64,000 bases of DNA from Mycobacteriales bacterium (GTDB lineage: Bacteria > Actinomycetota > Actinomycetes > Mycobacteriales > QHCA01). A program made the position numbers and the translations under genes. The stretch covers positions 55,195 through 119,194 of the forward strand of contig JBBQNN010000002.1 of the NCBI GenBank assembly GCA_038329965.1, in the 5' to 3' direction. Under the pieces are notes generated by a model. It was not told the DNA's origin. It worked only from the letters and a program-made list of their open reading frames with translations, and did not search any database. Shown here piece by piece: positions 42,889 through 52,350 of this stretch (position 1 is its first letter; each line of letters opens with the position of its first letter).

Positions 42889-43506
42889 GTGTTCACCGGA
42901 ATCATCGAGGAGCTCGGGACCGTCGTGACCTGCGACGATCTTCCCGATGCGGCGCGGCTGACCCTCAAGGCCCCGACGGTGGCGGAGGGGGCGGGCATCG
43001 GGGAATCGATCGCCGTGAACGGCGTGTGCCTGACTGTGGTGAGCGCCCGCGACGGGGAGTTCACCGCCGACGTGATGCGGGAGACGCTGGAGCGCTCTGT
43101 GCTGGGCGCGTTGCGCCCCGGCGACCGGGTCAACCTCGAGCGACCGGTCACGCTCGCGAGCCGGCTCGGTGGCCACCTCGTGCAGGGCCACGTCGACGGC
43201 GTAGGCACGATCCTGGCCCGACAGGTGGCGCCACACTGGGAGCTGGTCCGGGTCGGGTTGCCGGCGGCCCTTGCCCGCTACCTTGTGGTCAAGGGATCGG
43301 TCACCGTCGACGGCGTCTCGCTGACGGTGGTCGACGTCGACGCCTCGTCGTTCAGCGTCAGCCTGATCCCGACGACGCTGGCGCTCACCACCCTGGGGCA
43401 CAAGGGCCCGGGCGAACCGGTCAACCTCGAGGTCGACATCATCGCGAAATACGTCGAGCGCCTTCTGGCGGGTCGCAACGGGGCCGACCGGGACGGTGCC
43501 GCATGA
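42889..43506 (+). CDS. ribE: Riboflavin synthase (alpha chain)
   Basis: [12 protein letters not shown], and the duplicated [13 protein letters not shown] / [13 protein letters not shown] barrels. Confidence 0.96.
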   Translation: MFTGIIEELGTVVTCDDLPDAARLTLKAPTVAEGAGIGESIAVNGVCLTVVSARDGEFTADVMRETLERSVLGALRPGDRVNLERPVTLASRLGGHLVQGHVDGVGTILARQVAPHWELVRVGLPAALARYLVVKGSVTVDGVSLTVVDVDASSFSVSLIPTTLALTTLGHKGPGEPVNLEVDIIAKYVERLLAGRNGADRDGAA

Positions 43507-44846
43507 AGCCGACCCGGGCCAGCGACCTGCATCCGATGGCCGTCGAGGTCACCCCGCGGGTGACGCCCCTGCAGGCCGGCGACCCCCGCTTCGGCACCAT
43601 CGAGCGGGCGGTGGCCGACATCAAGGCGGGCAAGCCGGTCGTGGTCGTCGACAGCGCCGACCGGGAGAACGAAGGCGACGTGATCTTCGCCGCCGAGATG
43701 GCCACGCCCGAACTGCTGGCCTTCATGGTGCGCTACACCTCGGGCTACATCTGCGTGCCGCTCACCGAAGCCGACTGCGACCGCCTCGAACTGCCTCCGA
43801 TGTACCACGTCAACCAGGACCGCCGTGGCACCGCCTACACCGTGACCGTCGACGCACGGGAGGGCGGCAACACAGGCATCTCCGCGACCGACCGAGCGCG
43901 CACCGCGCGGCTGCTCGCCGACCCGGCCGCCACCGCAGCCGACTTCACCCGGCCGGGGCACATGGTGCCGCTGCGGGCCAAGGAGGGCGGCGTGCTGCGC
44001 CGGCCGGGGCACACCGAGGCCGCCATCGACCTGTGCCGGATGGCGGGGTTGTACCCGGCCGGGGTGCTGTGCGAGGTGGTCAGCGAGAAGACCGTCGAGG
44101 ACATGGCCCGCCTCGACGAGCTGGAGGTCTTCTCCGCCGAACACGACCTGACCCTGATCAGCATCGCCGATCTGATCGACTACCGGCGCCGGCACGAGAC
44201 GCAGGTGGAGGCCGTTGTCGAGGCGCGGATCCCGACCCGGCACGGCGAGTTCCGCGCGGTCGGCTACCGCAGCACCGTCGACGACCGCGTTCACGTCGCC
44301 CTCGTCGCGGGGGACGTCGGGCGGAACGCCGACGACGGCGAGGACGTGCTGGTCCGGGTGCACAGTGAGTGCCTGACCGGCGACGTGTTCGGATCGCAAC
44401 GCTGTGACTGCGGGCCGCAACTCGACGCCGCGCTGGCCGCCGTCGCCGCCGAGGGCCGGGGCGTCGTGCTGTACGTCCGCGGGCACGAGGGGCGCGGCAT
44501 CGGGCTGCTGCACAAGCTGCAGGCCTACCAGTTGCAGGACGGCGGCTCCGACACCGTCGATGCCAACCTCGAGCTGGGGCTGCCCGCCGACGCCCGCGAC
44601 TACGGCACCGGGGCGCAGATCCTGGCCGACCTGGGCATCCGCTCGATGCGGCTGCTGTCCAACAATCCGGCCAAGCGGGCCGGCCTGGAGGGTTACGGCC
44701 TGCAGATCGTCGGCCGGGTGCCCCTGCCGGTGCACGCCACGCCGGAGAACCTCGCGTACCTCCGGACGAAACGCGACCGGATGGGCCACGACCTGCCGGG
44801 CCTGCCAGCGGAGGCAGAACAGCCGGGCCCGGCGGTGATCCCGTGA
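43503..44846 (+). CDS. ribBA: Bifunctional 3,4-dihydroxy-2-butanone-4-phosphate synthase / GTP cyclohydrolase II
   Basis: ATGA overlap with ribE. DRENEGD and RPGHTEA (DHBP synthase). [20 protein letters not shown] (GCH II zinc site). Confidence 0.96.
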   Translation: MKPTRASDLHPMAVEVTPRVTPLQAGDPRFGTIERAVADIKAGKPVVVVDSADRENEGDVIFAAEMATPELLAFMVRYTSGYICVPLTEADCDRLELPPMYHVNQDRRGTAYTVTVDAREGGNTGISATDRARTARLLADPAATAADFTRPGHMVPLRAKEGGVLRRPGHTEAAIDLCRMAGLYPAGVLCEVVSEKTVEDMARLDELEVFSAEHDLTLISIADLIDYRRRHETQVEAVVEARIPTRHGEFRAVGYRSTVDDRVHVALVAGDVGRNADDGEDVLVRVHSECLTGDVFGSQRCDCGPQLDAALAAVAAEGRGVVLYVRGHEGRGIGLLHKLQAYQLQDGGSDTVDANLELGLPADARDYGTGAQILADLGIRSMRLLSNNPAKRAGLEGYGLQIVGRVPLPVHATPENLAYLRTKRDRMGHDLPGLPAEAEQPGPAVIP

Positions 44847-45343
44847 GCGGGACCGGCGCCGCTCACCTGGACCCGGTGGAGGCGGCCGAGCTCACCCTGG
44901 GGATCGCCGTGACCCGGTGGCATCGGGAGATCAGCGAGGCGCTGCTGAACCGGGCGCTCGCCGCGGCCGGCGAGTGCGGCGTGCCGTCACCGACGGTGGT
45001 GCGGGTGGCCGGCGCCCTGGAATTGGCGGTCGTCGCTCAGCAGCTGGCCACCGACCATGACGCGGTCGTCGCCCTGGGCGCCGTCGTACGCGGGGGCACG
45101 CCGCACTTCGACCACGTCTGCGATGCGGTGACGGCCGGGCTGACCCGGGTCGCGCTCGACGAGCACACCCCGATCGGCAATGCGGTGCTGACCTGTGACA
45201 CGGTTGAGCAGGCGCTGGACCGGTGCGGCCTGCCGGGCAGCAACGAGGACAAGGGGTGGGCGGCCACCGTGGCGGCCCTTGACGCGGCGCTGGTGATCAA
45301 AGGGCTGCGGCACCGCGCCGGCCCGATCGGCTTCTACACCTAG
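44843..45343 (+). CDS. ribH: 6,7-dimethyl-8-ribityllumazine synthase
   Basis: 4-nt overlap with rib[11 protein letters not shown] and [15 protein letters not shown]. Confidence 0.95.
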   Translation: MSGTGAAHLDPVEAAELTLGIAVTRWHREISEALLNRALAAAGECGVPSPTVVRVAGALELAVVAQQLATDHDAVVALGAVVRGGTPHFDHVCDAVTAGLTRVALDEHTPIGNAVLTCDTVEQALDRCGLPGSNEDKGWAATVAALDAALVIKGLRHRAGPIGFYT

Positions 45344-45356
45344 AAGGTCTGCGCTC

Positions 45357-46232
45357 GTGCTCTCGCTCGTACTGCCCAAGGGCTCTCTGGAGAAGGCCAC
45401 CCTCGCGTTGTTCGACGCGGCCGACCTGGCCGTGCTGCGGGGCTCCGAGCGCGCCTACCACGCCACGATCGACGACCCCCGGATCGACCGCGTGCGCTTC
45501 CTGCGACCGCAGGAGATCCCGACCTACGTCGAGCAGAGCATCTTCGACCTCGGTATCAGCGGCCGCGACTGGATCACCGAGACCGGTGCCGACGTGGTCA
45601 GCCTCGGCGAGATCGGCGGCGGCCGGGCCACTGACAAGCCGGTGCACGTCGTGCTCGCCGTGCCCAAGGAGTCGCCCTGGCAGTCGGTGGCCGACCTGCC
45701 CGACGGAGTGCGGATATCCACCGAGATGCCCGAGACCACCCGGCGCTTCCTCGACGAGCACGGCGTCAAGGCCAAGGTGTTCACCAGCCATGGTGCGACC
45801 GAGGCCAAGATCCCCGACATCGTCGATGCCATCGTCGACCTGACCGAGACCGGCTCGTCGCTGCGGGCGGCCGGCCTGCGCGTGCTGGCCACGCTGCTGA
45901 CCAGCAGGACCGAGTTGATCGCCAACCGCGCGGCGTACGAGGACACGGCGAAGCGGGCCGCAATGGAGGACATCGTGGTACTGCTCCAAGGCGCCCTGCG
46001 CGCCCGCGGGCACGTCCTGCTCAAGGTCAACGTCGCCGACGACCACCTCGCCGCCGTGCTGGCCCTGCTGCCCGCGATGAGCTCGCCGAACGTCACCCCA
46101 CTGGCCGACCCCACCCAGCACGGCGTGGAGTCCGTGGTGCCCAAGCGCGGGGTGAACACGCTGATCCCCGCGCTGCGGGCGGCCGGCGCCCGCGACATCC
46201 TCGAACTTCCGATCTCCAAGATCGTCGGCTAG
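45357..46232 (+). CDS. hisG: ATP phosphoribosyltransferase (long form)
   Basis: LVLPKGSLEKATL, DLTETGSSLRAAGL, and a ~291 aa length with a C-terminal regulatory domain. Confidence 0.9.
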   Translation: MLSLVLPKGSLEKATLALFDAADLAVLRGSERAYHATIDDPRIDRVRFLRPQEIPTYVEQSIFDLGISGRDWITETGADVVSLGEIGGGRATDKPVHVVLAVPKESPWQSVADLPDGVRISTEMPETTRRFLDEHGVKAKVFTSHGATEAKIPDIVDAIVDLTETGSSLRAAGLRVLATLLTSRTELIANRAAYEDTAKRAAMEDIVVLLQGALRARGHVLLKVNVADDHLAAVLALLPAMSSPNVTPLADPTQHGVESVVPKRGVNTLIPALRAAGARDILELPISKIVG

Positions 46233-46246
46233 CGCGGGGGTGCGGG

Positions 46247-47152
46247 TCAGGGCTCGGCCAGCACTTCGGCCAGCGCGTGCGCGGCCTGGCCGACGATGCC
46301 GGGGTTGGTGTCCCAGTAGTACGGCAGCGCCGAGACCGCCTGATAGAGCGTCCAGCCGCGGCCGCGTAGCCAGGACGCGTGGTCGACGCCGAGCTCGGCG
46401 CGGAACCGACTGCGGCCGGAGCTGGTGAAGACGTTCCAGGCCGGCTGCAGGTCGCATGCGGGGTCGCCGACGTTGAGCCCGCCGAAGTCGATGACCGCCG
46501 ACAGGCGCCCGTCGACGACGAGCAGGTTGCCCGGCAGCAGGTCGCCGTGCACCCAGACGTCTGCGGCAGCCCACGGCGCGGCGTCCAGCGACTCCTCCCA
46601 CGAGCGGAGGGCGGCCGGCCCGTCGATCCGGTCGCCAAGCTCGGCGATGGAGCGACGGACCTGTTCGTCGCCTTCGGCGAGTGGCCCGCCGCGGCCGTGT
46701 GGGGGACGCGGATGCGCACCGCTGGTGTCGACCTGCCGCAGCGCCCTGACGAAGGCGGCCAGATCGACGGCTGCCTGCGCCAGGTCGCCGATCGTCGCGT
46801 TGGCGTTCTCGCCGGGCAGCCACTCGTACACCGACCAGTCGAAGGGATAGTCTTCGGCCGGATGTCCCAGCGCGACCGGCACGGGAATCGCCAGGGGCAG
46901 GTGCGGCGCGAGCCGCGGCAGCCACACCGCCTCCTTCGCCGCCTGCTCCGTGGCCCACCCGATGCGGGGCAGCCGGGCGGCGAGGTGGTCACCGACGCGG
47001 TAGATGTCGTGATCGGTGCCGTAGGACACGACAGGCGCGATCGGCAGATCGGCCCATTGCGGGAGCTGTCCCGCGAGCAGCCGACGGACCAGCCCGGCGT
47101 CGGTGTCGACCTCGTCGGTGTGCATCCGGACGGCGCCCATCACCGCCATCAT
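46247..47152 (-). CDS. Aminoglycoside/APH-family phosphotransferase
   Basis: VHGDLLPGNLLV catalytic loop and VIDFGGLNVGDPACDL. The start could be an internal Met (e.g. 47125). Confidence 0.82.
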   Translation of the reverse strand: MMAVMGAVRMHTDEVDTDAGLVRRLLAGQLPQWADLPIAPVVSYGTDHDIYRVGDHLAARLPRIGWATEQAAKEAVWLPRLAPHLPLAIPVPVALGHPAEDYPFDWSVYEWLPGENANATIGDLAQAAVDLAAFVRALRQVDTSGAHPRPPHGRGGPLAEGDEQVRRSIAELGDRIDGPAALRSWEESLDAAPWAAADVWVHGDLLPGNLLVVDGRLSAVIDFGGLNVGDPACDLQPAWNVFTSSGRSRFRAELGVDHASWLRGRGWTLYQAVSALPYYWDTNPGIVGQAAHALAEVLAEP

Positions 47153-47206
47153 CGGCGGGCAGCGGCAGTGGCGGCAACCGACTTCCGGGCCGGTCGCCGC
47201 CGGCGC

Positions 47207-48565
47207 CTAGTGCCTGCCGCCCAGTGCCGCGGTGGCGCCCCGTTCGACGGCCCCGTCGTACTCCGTCGTCGGAGCCTTCTCGGTCCGTCGCGGCATCAGC
47301 AGCAGGGCGAGGAACGCCACGATGCAGCAGCCCACGATGTAGGCGCTGATCCAGGTGCTGGAGCCCGTGTGTTCCAGGATCGCCGCGGCGATCAGAGGTG
47401 CCGGTCCGCCGGCGATGACCGAGGCCAACTGGTAGCCGATGCCGGCACCGCTGTAGCGCAGGTTGGTGCCGAAGCTCTCGGCGATCAGCGCCGCCTGGGG
47501 CCCGTACTGGACGTCGTGCACGATCAGGGACACGACGATGGCGAGCAGGACGAATCCCGACGACTTGGTGTTGAGCAGGCCGAAGTACGGGAAGGCGAAC
47601 AGTGCGGTGCCGACGATGCCGATGCCGTACGTCAACCGTCGGCCGATCCGGTCGGAGAGGTGACCGAACAGCGGGACGGTGATCAGCCCGACTGCGGCGG
47701 CGACGAGCGTGTAGTTGAGCAGGTCGCCGCGAGCCAGGCCCAGCTTCTTCGTGCCGTACGTCAGGACGAAGGTGATGAACAGGTAGAACGGCGCCTGCTC
47801 CGACAGGCGGACGAAGGCCGAGGTGAGGATCTCGCGCGGCTGGGTCTTGATGACCTCCCACACCGGCTGCCGGAGCACCGCCTGCCGCTCCTTGACCTCG
47901 GCGAAGGCCGGGCTCTCCACGACGCGCAGCCGGACGTACAGGCCGATGCCCACCAGCACGATGCTGGCCAGGAACGGCACCCGCCAGCCCCAGGTGTCGA
48001 AGCTGTCGCCGGCGACCTTCTCCATCAGCTTCACCATCCCGGTCGAGAGCAGCAGCCCGAGCGGGACGCCGAGTTGGGGAAAGCTGGCCATCAGGCCGCG
48101 GCGGCGCTGCGAGCCCCACTCCATGGACAGCAGCACCGAGCCGCCCCACTCGCCCCCCACGCCGATGCCCTGGGCGATCCTCAGCAGTACCAGGATCACT
48201 GGTGCGGCCACGCCGATCGAGGTGCGGCCCGGCAGCAGGCCCATCAGGAACGTCGCGGACCCCATCAGCATCAGCGTGGTGACGAGGGTGCCCTTGCGGC
48301 CGACCCGGTCACCCCAGTGACCGAAGACGGCGGCACCGATCGGGCGGGCGGCGAAGCCCACGAACTGCGTCGCGAAGGCGGCCAGGATGCCGGAGTACGG
48401 CGAGCTGCCGGGGAAGAACACGTGGGGGAAGACCAGGGCGGCCATCGTGCCGTAGAGGAAGAAGTCGTACCACTCGATCGTCGTGCCCACGGTGCTGGCG
48501 AGCACGGCACGGCGCCGGTGGCCGCCGACGAGAGAGTCTGCCGCAGGTGGGGTCGTTGCCGTCAT
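47207..48565 (-). CDS. MFS transporter, metabolite:H+ symporter (MHS) family
   Basis: TTIEWYDFFLYG and GHWGDRVGRKGTL signatures. 452 aa. ATG 48565 was chosen. The upstream part of the 680-aa ORF is non-homologous. Confidence 0.88.
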   Translation of the reverse strand: MTATTPPAADSLVGGHRRRAVLASTVGTTIEWYDFFLYGTMAALVFPHVFFPGSSPYSGILAAFATQFVGFAARPIGAAVFGHWGDRVGRKGTLVTTLMLMGSATFLMGLLPGRTSIGVAAPVILVLLRIAQGIGVGGEWGGSVLLSMEWGSQRRRGLMASFPQLGVPLGLLLSTGMVKLMEKVAGDSFDTWGWRVPFLASIVLVGIGLYVRLRVVESPAFAEVKERQAVLRQPVWEVIKTQPREILTSAFVRLSEQAPFYLFITFVLTYGTKKLGLARGDLLNYTLVAAAVGLITVPLFGHLSDRIGRRLTYGIGIVGTALFAFPYFGLLNTKSSGFVLLAIVVSLIVHDVQYGPQAALIAESFGTNLRYSGAGIGYQLASVIAGGPAPLIAAAILEHTGSSTWISAYIVGCCIVAFLALLLMPRRTEKAPTTEYDGAVERGATAALGGRH

Positions 48566-48633
48566 GGGGCACCTCCTGCCCTGGCAGATCCCCGAGGGGG
48601 TCGCAGGGCAAACCCCGGGCGGCACCCGGTGAG

Positions 48634-48675
48634 TCGAGTGAGCATCGAGCGGAGCGAGGAGCGGAGCGAGATGGC
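48634..48675 (+). repeat. GA-rich dispersed repeat, 42-nt variant (copy C1)
   Basis: TCGAGTGAGCATCGAGCGGAGCGAGGAGCGGAGCGAGATGGC. Intergenic, between two minus-strand genes. Confidence 0.88.
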
Positions 48676-48681
48676 AATCAG

Positions 48682-48711
48682 TCGAGTGAGCATCGAGCGG
48701 AGCGAGATGGC
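48682..48711 (+). repeat. GA-rich dispersed repeat, 30-nt variant (copy C2)
   Basis: TCGAGTGAGCATCGAGCGGAGCGAGATGGC. Begins 6 nt after C1 ends. Confidence 0.88.
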
Positions 48712-48725
48712 ACATCAGCGCCCCG

Positions 48726-49637
48726 TCAATGTCGTGGTGCGAAGTCCTCGAGCAACTGCTGCGCGCGATCCATCGACTCGGCCGGGTCGACGTCCGGCCC
48801 GACGATGTCGGGGTTGTAGTTGCCGTCGAGGAACACCTCGGTGACCCCCTGGGCCTCGATCGTCGCGAGGTCGTGCCGGATCTGCTCGACGTTGCCCTGC
48901 AACGGCTTGCGGTCCTGGGACGCATCCCCGCGGAGCCGAACAACGCCGCGCACCACGAAGCGCAGCGCATCGGGGTCGCGGCCGGCATCGGCGGCCTCCG
49001 ACCTGACCACGTCGATCGACTTGCCGATCGACGTGAGGTCGGCGCGGCTGCTGCTGATCCAGCCGTCGGCGACCCGCCCGGCACGGCGCAGGGCGCGCTC
49101 GGCGGCCCCGCCGAGCAGCAAGGGGGGGTGGGGGCTCTGCGCGGGCTTGGGGTCGACCCGGCAGCGGGGGACGGTGTAGAACGTGCCGCTGAACTCCACC
49201 TCGGGCTGGGTCCAGATCGCCTTGAGGCAGGCCACGAACTCCTCGCCACGGGCGCCGCGCCGCGCGTAGGGAACGCTGGTGGCCTGGAACTCCTCGGGCG
49301 ACCAGCCGAGCCCGAGCCCGACGTCCAGCCGGCCTCGGGAGACGATGTCGAGCGTGGTCAGGGCCTTGGCCAGGACGATCGGGGCGTAGAAGGGCAGGTT
49401 GACGACGGCCAGGCCGAGCCGGATGCGGTCCGTGACACCCGCGACATAGGCCAGTGCGGTCAGTGGGTCGTGCACCGCGTGGTAGACCGGCCCCCAATCG
49501 GTGTCGACCGGGTGCAGCAGCCGCTGGAACGTCCACAGCGAGGCGTAGCCCATCTCTTCGGCCTGCGTGGCGATCCGGCGCATGTTGGCCGGTGTCGCCC
49601 ACGCCCCGGAGACGGGCAGCCCGACGCCCAGGTCCAC
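48726..49637 (-). CDS. LLM-class F420-dependent oxidoreductase
   Basis: Luciferase-like TIM-barrel signature (GYASLWTFQRLLHP, GRLDVGLGLGWSPEEF). Confidence 0.85.
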   Translation of the reverse strand: MDLGVGLPVSGAWATPANMRRIATQAEEMGYASLWTFQRLLHPVDTDWGPVYHAVHDPLTALAYVAGVTDRIRLGLAVVNLPFYAPIVLAKALTTLDIVSRGRLDVGLGLGWSPEEFQATSVPYARRGARGEEFVACLKAIWTQPEVEFSGTFYTVPRCRVDPKPAQSPHPPLLLGGAAERALRRAGRVADGWISSSRADLTSIGKSIDVVRSEAADAGRDPDALRFVVRGVVRLRGDASQDRKPLQGNVEQIRHDLATIEAQGVTEVFLDGNYNPDIVGPDVDPAESMDRAQQLLEDFAPRH

Positions 49638-50146
49638 TACGCGTCCAACCGGCGGCCGGCGAAGTACATCAGCGGGTCGCTGAGCAGCTCGATGCCGATG
49701 CCGTCAGGATCGCGGAGGTACATCGACTCCGCGAAACCGCGGTCCGGGCCGGCGTAGGGGACCCCCTCGTCTTCCAGCCGCTTCTGCAACGCCTCCCACC
49801 GGTCCCGAGGAACCGAGATCGCGATGTGCTGGACCCCGCCGATCGCTTCGGTCCCGGGCTCCAGGCCGAGGCAGGGGAAGTCGAAGAACCCCAGCAGGGT
49901 GCTGTTGCCGACGTCGAAGAACAGGTGCGACGAGCCCGGATAATCGCGGTTTTCGACCAGCTCGACAAGCGGAAAGCCGAGCAGGTCCTGGTAGAACCCG
50001 ATGGTCTGCTCGACGTCGGAACAGATCAGGGCGGCGTGGTGGATGCCCCGGCCGTTGGTCACCGGCCGCTCGGCCGCTGGGCTGAGGTACCTCGATGCCA
50101 GCTCCGCCCGGCGGGCTGCCGACGCTGTCGTGTCCCGTGTCGCCAT
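49637..50146 (-). CDS. VOC (glyoxalase/bleomycin-resistance/dioxygenase) family protein
   Basis: GIHHAALICSDVEQTIGFYQDLLGF and VQHIAISV metal-site contexts. ATG 50146 was chosen within the ORF that is open to 50233. Confidence 0.8.
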   Translation of the reverse strand: MATRDTTASAARRAELASRYLSPAAERPVTNGRGIHHAALICSDVEQTIGFYQDLLGFPLVELVENRDYPGSSHLFFDVGNSTLLGFFDFPCLGLEPGTEAIGGVQHIAISVPRDRWEALQKRLEDEGVPYAGPDRGFAESMYLRDPDGIGIELLSDPLMYFAGRRLDA

Positions 50147-50231
50147 TGCGGCCACCTCCACCGTCGCATCGTCACCGCGAGTGATCGACTCTACTGTGGC
50201 GCACCCGCGGCCGCCCGATACGTTGGGCGGC

Positions 50232-50894
50232 ATGAGTCGACAGTCGATGGGCCTTCCTGACGACCTGCACTCCTACCTGCTGAGCGTGGGGGTCCGCGAG
50301 CCGGACGTGCTGCGGCGGCTGAGGGAGCACACCGCCGCCCTGCCGCAGCACGACATGCAGATCGCCCCCGAGCAGGGCGCGTTCATGGGTCTGCTCGCGG
50401 AGCTGACCGGTGCCCGGCGGTGCCTGGAGCTGGGGACGTTCACCGGCTACAGCGCCTTGGCGGTGGCCCTCGCGCTGCCTCCGGACGGGCACATCCTGTG
50501 CTGCGACGTGAGTGCGGAGTGGACCTCCGTCGGGCGGTCCTACTGGGCCGAGGCCGGGGTGGCCGATCGCATCGAGCTACGGCTCGCGCCGGCGCTGGAC
50601 ACCCTCGACGCGTTGCTGGCCGACGGGGCACAGGACAGCTTCGACTACGCCTTCGTCGACGCGGACAAGGTCAACTACCCCGCCTACCACGAGCGGCTGA
50701 TGCGCCTGGTCCGCCCGGGTGGGGTGATGCTGTGGGACAACGTCCTGTGGAGCGGCCGGGTGATCGACCCGCAGGCCGACGACTCGGACACTCGCGGCAT
50801 TCGCGAGATCAACCGGATCCTGGCCGCCGACGAGCGGGTCAGCGTGGCGATGCTCCCGATCGCCGACGGCCTGACGATGGCCCGCAAACGCTGA
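50232..50894 (+). CDS. Class I SAM-dependent O-methyltransferase (caffeoyl-CoA OMT-like, family 3)
   Basis: CLELGTFTGYSALAVALAL SAM motif, FVDADKVNYPAY and GGVMLWDNVLWSG. Confidence 0.88.
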   Translation: MSRQSMGLPDDLHSYLLSVGVREPDVLRRLREHTAALPQHDMQIAPEQGAFMGLLAELTGARRCLELGTFTGYSALAVALALPPDGHILCCDVSAEWTSVGRSYWAEAGVADRIELRLAPALDTLDALLADGAQDSFDYAFVDADKVNYPAYHERLMRLVRPGGVMLWDNVLWSGRVIDPQADDSDTRGIREINRILAADERVSVAMLPIADGLTMARKR

Positions 50895-50928
50895 CGGTGC
50901 AGGCGGCCAGGGGCGAAGGCCGCAAGGC

Positions 50929-52350
50929 TCAGGCGCCTGGCGTCGCCTCGGCGAGGGCGCTCAGCGCCGCGGTGAAGCACTCGGCGGGCGGGTTGACCAG
51001 GCCCGCGCCGACCTGGCCGGTGCCGGCCACCCTGCCGGCCATCCCGGTGTTGATCTGCGGCAGGATGCCGGTGCGGATCACTTTGGTGACGTCGATGCCC
51101 GTCGGCGTCCCCCGGAAGGACAGGATCGGGACCTGGTACGCGGGATGCTCGGCCAGGGTGATCTCGTACATCAAGCCGGTCGCGTCGAGAGCATCCGATA
51201 CTTCCCCGCCGACGAAGCGCACGATCGCCGGCGCGGCGGCCATCGCGAACCCGCCGATGCCGGCCGTCTCGGTGATCGCCGAGTCCCCGATGTCGGGGTT
51301 GGCGTCGGCCGGCCCGAACCCGCCCAGGAACAGCCCGTCGGGGACCTGTGCCGGGCCGGTGAACCACGCGTCGCCGGTGCCGGAGGTCTGGATGCCGAAA
51401 TCCGTGCCGTTGCGGGCCATCGCCACCACCAGGGTCGAGCCGGGTACGTCCCGGCCGGCGTCGAGGGCGAGCTTGGCGGCCGGCATCCCGAGGTTGAGGA
51501 AGAAGTGGTCGTTGCCGGCGATGAAGCGGGCCGCCGCGGCGATGTCCGCGGGTGCCGCGCCGCTGTCGATCAGGTCGGGCAGGACCTCGCGCAGCCACAG
51601 CAGCGTGCCGGCCCGGTTGCGGTTGTGACCCTCGTCGCCCATCTGCAGCATCTGCGCGACGATCGCGCCCAGGTCGACCGGCCCGTGCTTACGTACGGCG
51701 ACCTGCAGCAGCGGTCCGAGCACGCCCGACATCCAGCGCAGCCGGTCGAGGACGTCGGGGCCGTACGCCCCGTAGCGCAACACCTTGCCCAACCCCTCGT
51801 TCAGCGAGCAGTACGCGCGCCGTGGATCGCCGTCACCTGCGGCGTCGGCCACCTCGAACAGCCACATCGAGGGACTGACCACGCCGGCCATCGGCCCGAC
51901 GGTGCGGTGGGCGTGGCAGGGCTCCAAGGTGATGCCGGTGCCCGCCTCCAGCAGGGCCGTCGCCTCGTCCGGTGAGCCGGCCAGCCCCTCGAAGAGCACC
52001 GCCCCGATCAGCGCGCCGCGCAGGGGGCCGGACGCGCGGGCCCACTCGATCGGCGGTCCGGCGTGCAGGAACGTGCCCGGTGACAGGTCGAGCAGCTCCG
52101 CGGCCGGGCGTACGTCGACCAGGCTGGGGGAGACCGCGAGTACCCGATCGAGGGCGGTGTGGTTGGCGGCGCCCCGCCGGGGATCGGCCATGACGCGGGC
52201 CAGCGCTGCCTCGGTGCCGGCCGGCGGGGGCCGCCAGTCGACCCGCTCCACCGACACCGCCTGGGCGTCGAGCGCGTCGGCCAGCAGGTCGATCCCGGCG
52301 GCCGCGACGACCGGGTCGTGGGTGAGCAGGCCGTGCAGGGGACCGGTCAT
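50929..52350 (-). CDS. DUF1116 (YlbE-like) protein
   Basis: ATGA overlap with the upstream fdrA-like stop. Long conserved body (GDEGHNRNRAG, ARNGTDFGIQ, DSAITETAGIGGFAMAAAPA), as I recall for E. coli YlbE. Confidence 0.75.
   Translation of the reverse strand: MTGPLHGLLTHDPVVAAAGIDLLADALDAQAVSVERVDWRPPPAGTEAALARVMADPRRGAANHTALDRVLAVSPSLVDVRPAAELLDLSPGTFLHAGPPIEWARASGPLRGALIGAVLFEGLAGSPDEATALLEAGTGITLEPCHAHRTVGPMAGVVSPSMWLFEVADAAGDGDPRRAYCSLNEGLGKVLRYGAYGPDVLDRLRWMSGVLGPLLQVAVRKHGPVDLGAIVAQMLQMGDEGHNRNRAGTLLWLREVLPDLIDSGAAPADIAAAARFIAGNDHFFLNLGMPAAKLALDAGRDVPGSTLVVAMARNGTDFGIQTSGTGDAWFTGPAQVPDGLFLGGFGPADANPDIGDSAITETAGIGGFAMAAAPAIVRFVGGEVSDALDATGLMYEITLAEHPAYQVPILSFRGTPTGIDVTKVIRTGILPQINTGMAGRVAGTGQVGAGLVNPPAECFTAALSALAEATPGA

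Noticed and set aside
48634-48711. Possibility that the tandem C1/C2 repeats are a miniature CRISPR array.
   Set aside because: There are only two units, of unequal length, separated by 6 nt with no spacer. The units are not palindromic, there are no cas genes, and identical units occur singly elsewhere.
46379-48844. 821-aa plus-strand ORF that reads through the GA-rich repeats (peptide ...VSIERSEERSEMAISRVSIERSEM...).
   Set aside because: It lies antisense to the well-supported APH-like and MHS transporter genes and has no homology signature. The repeats occur in different frames at the other loci, so they are nucleotide-level rather than protein-level elements.
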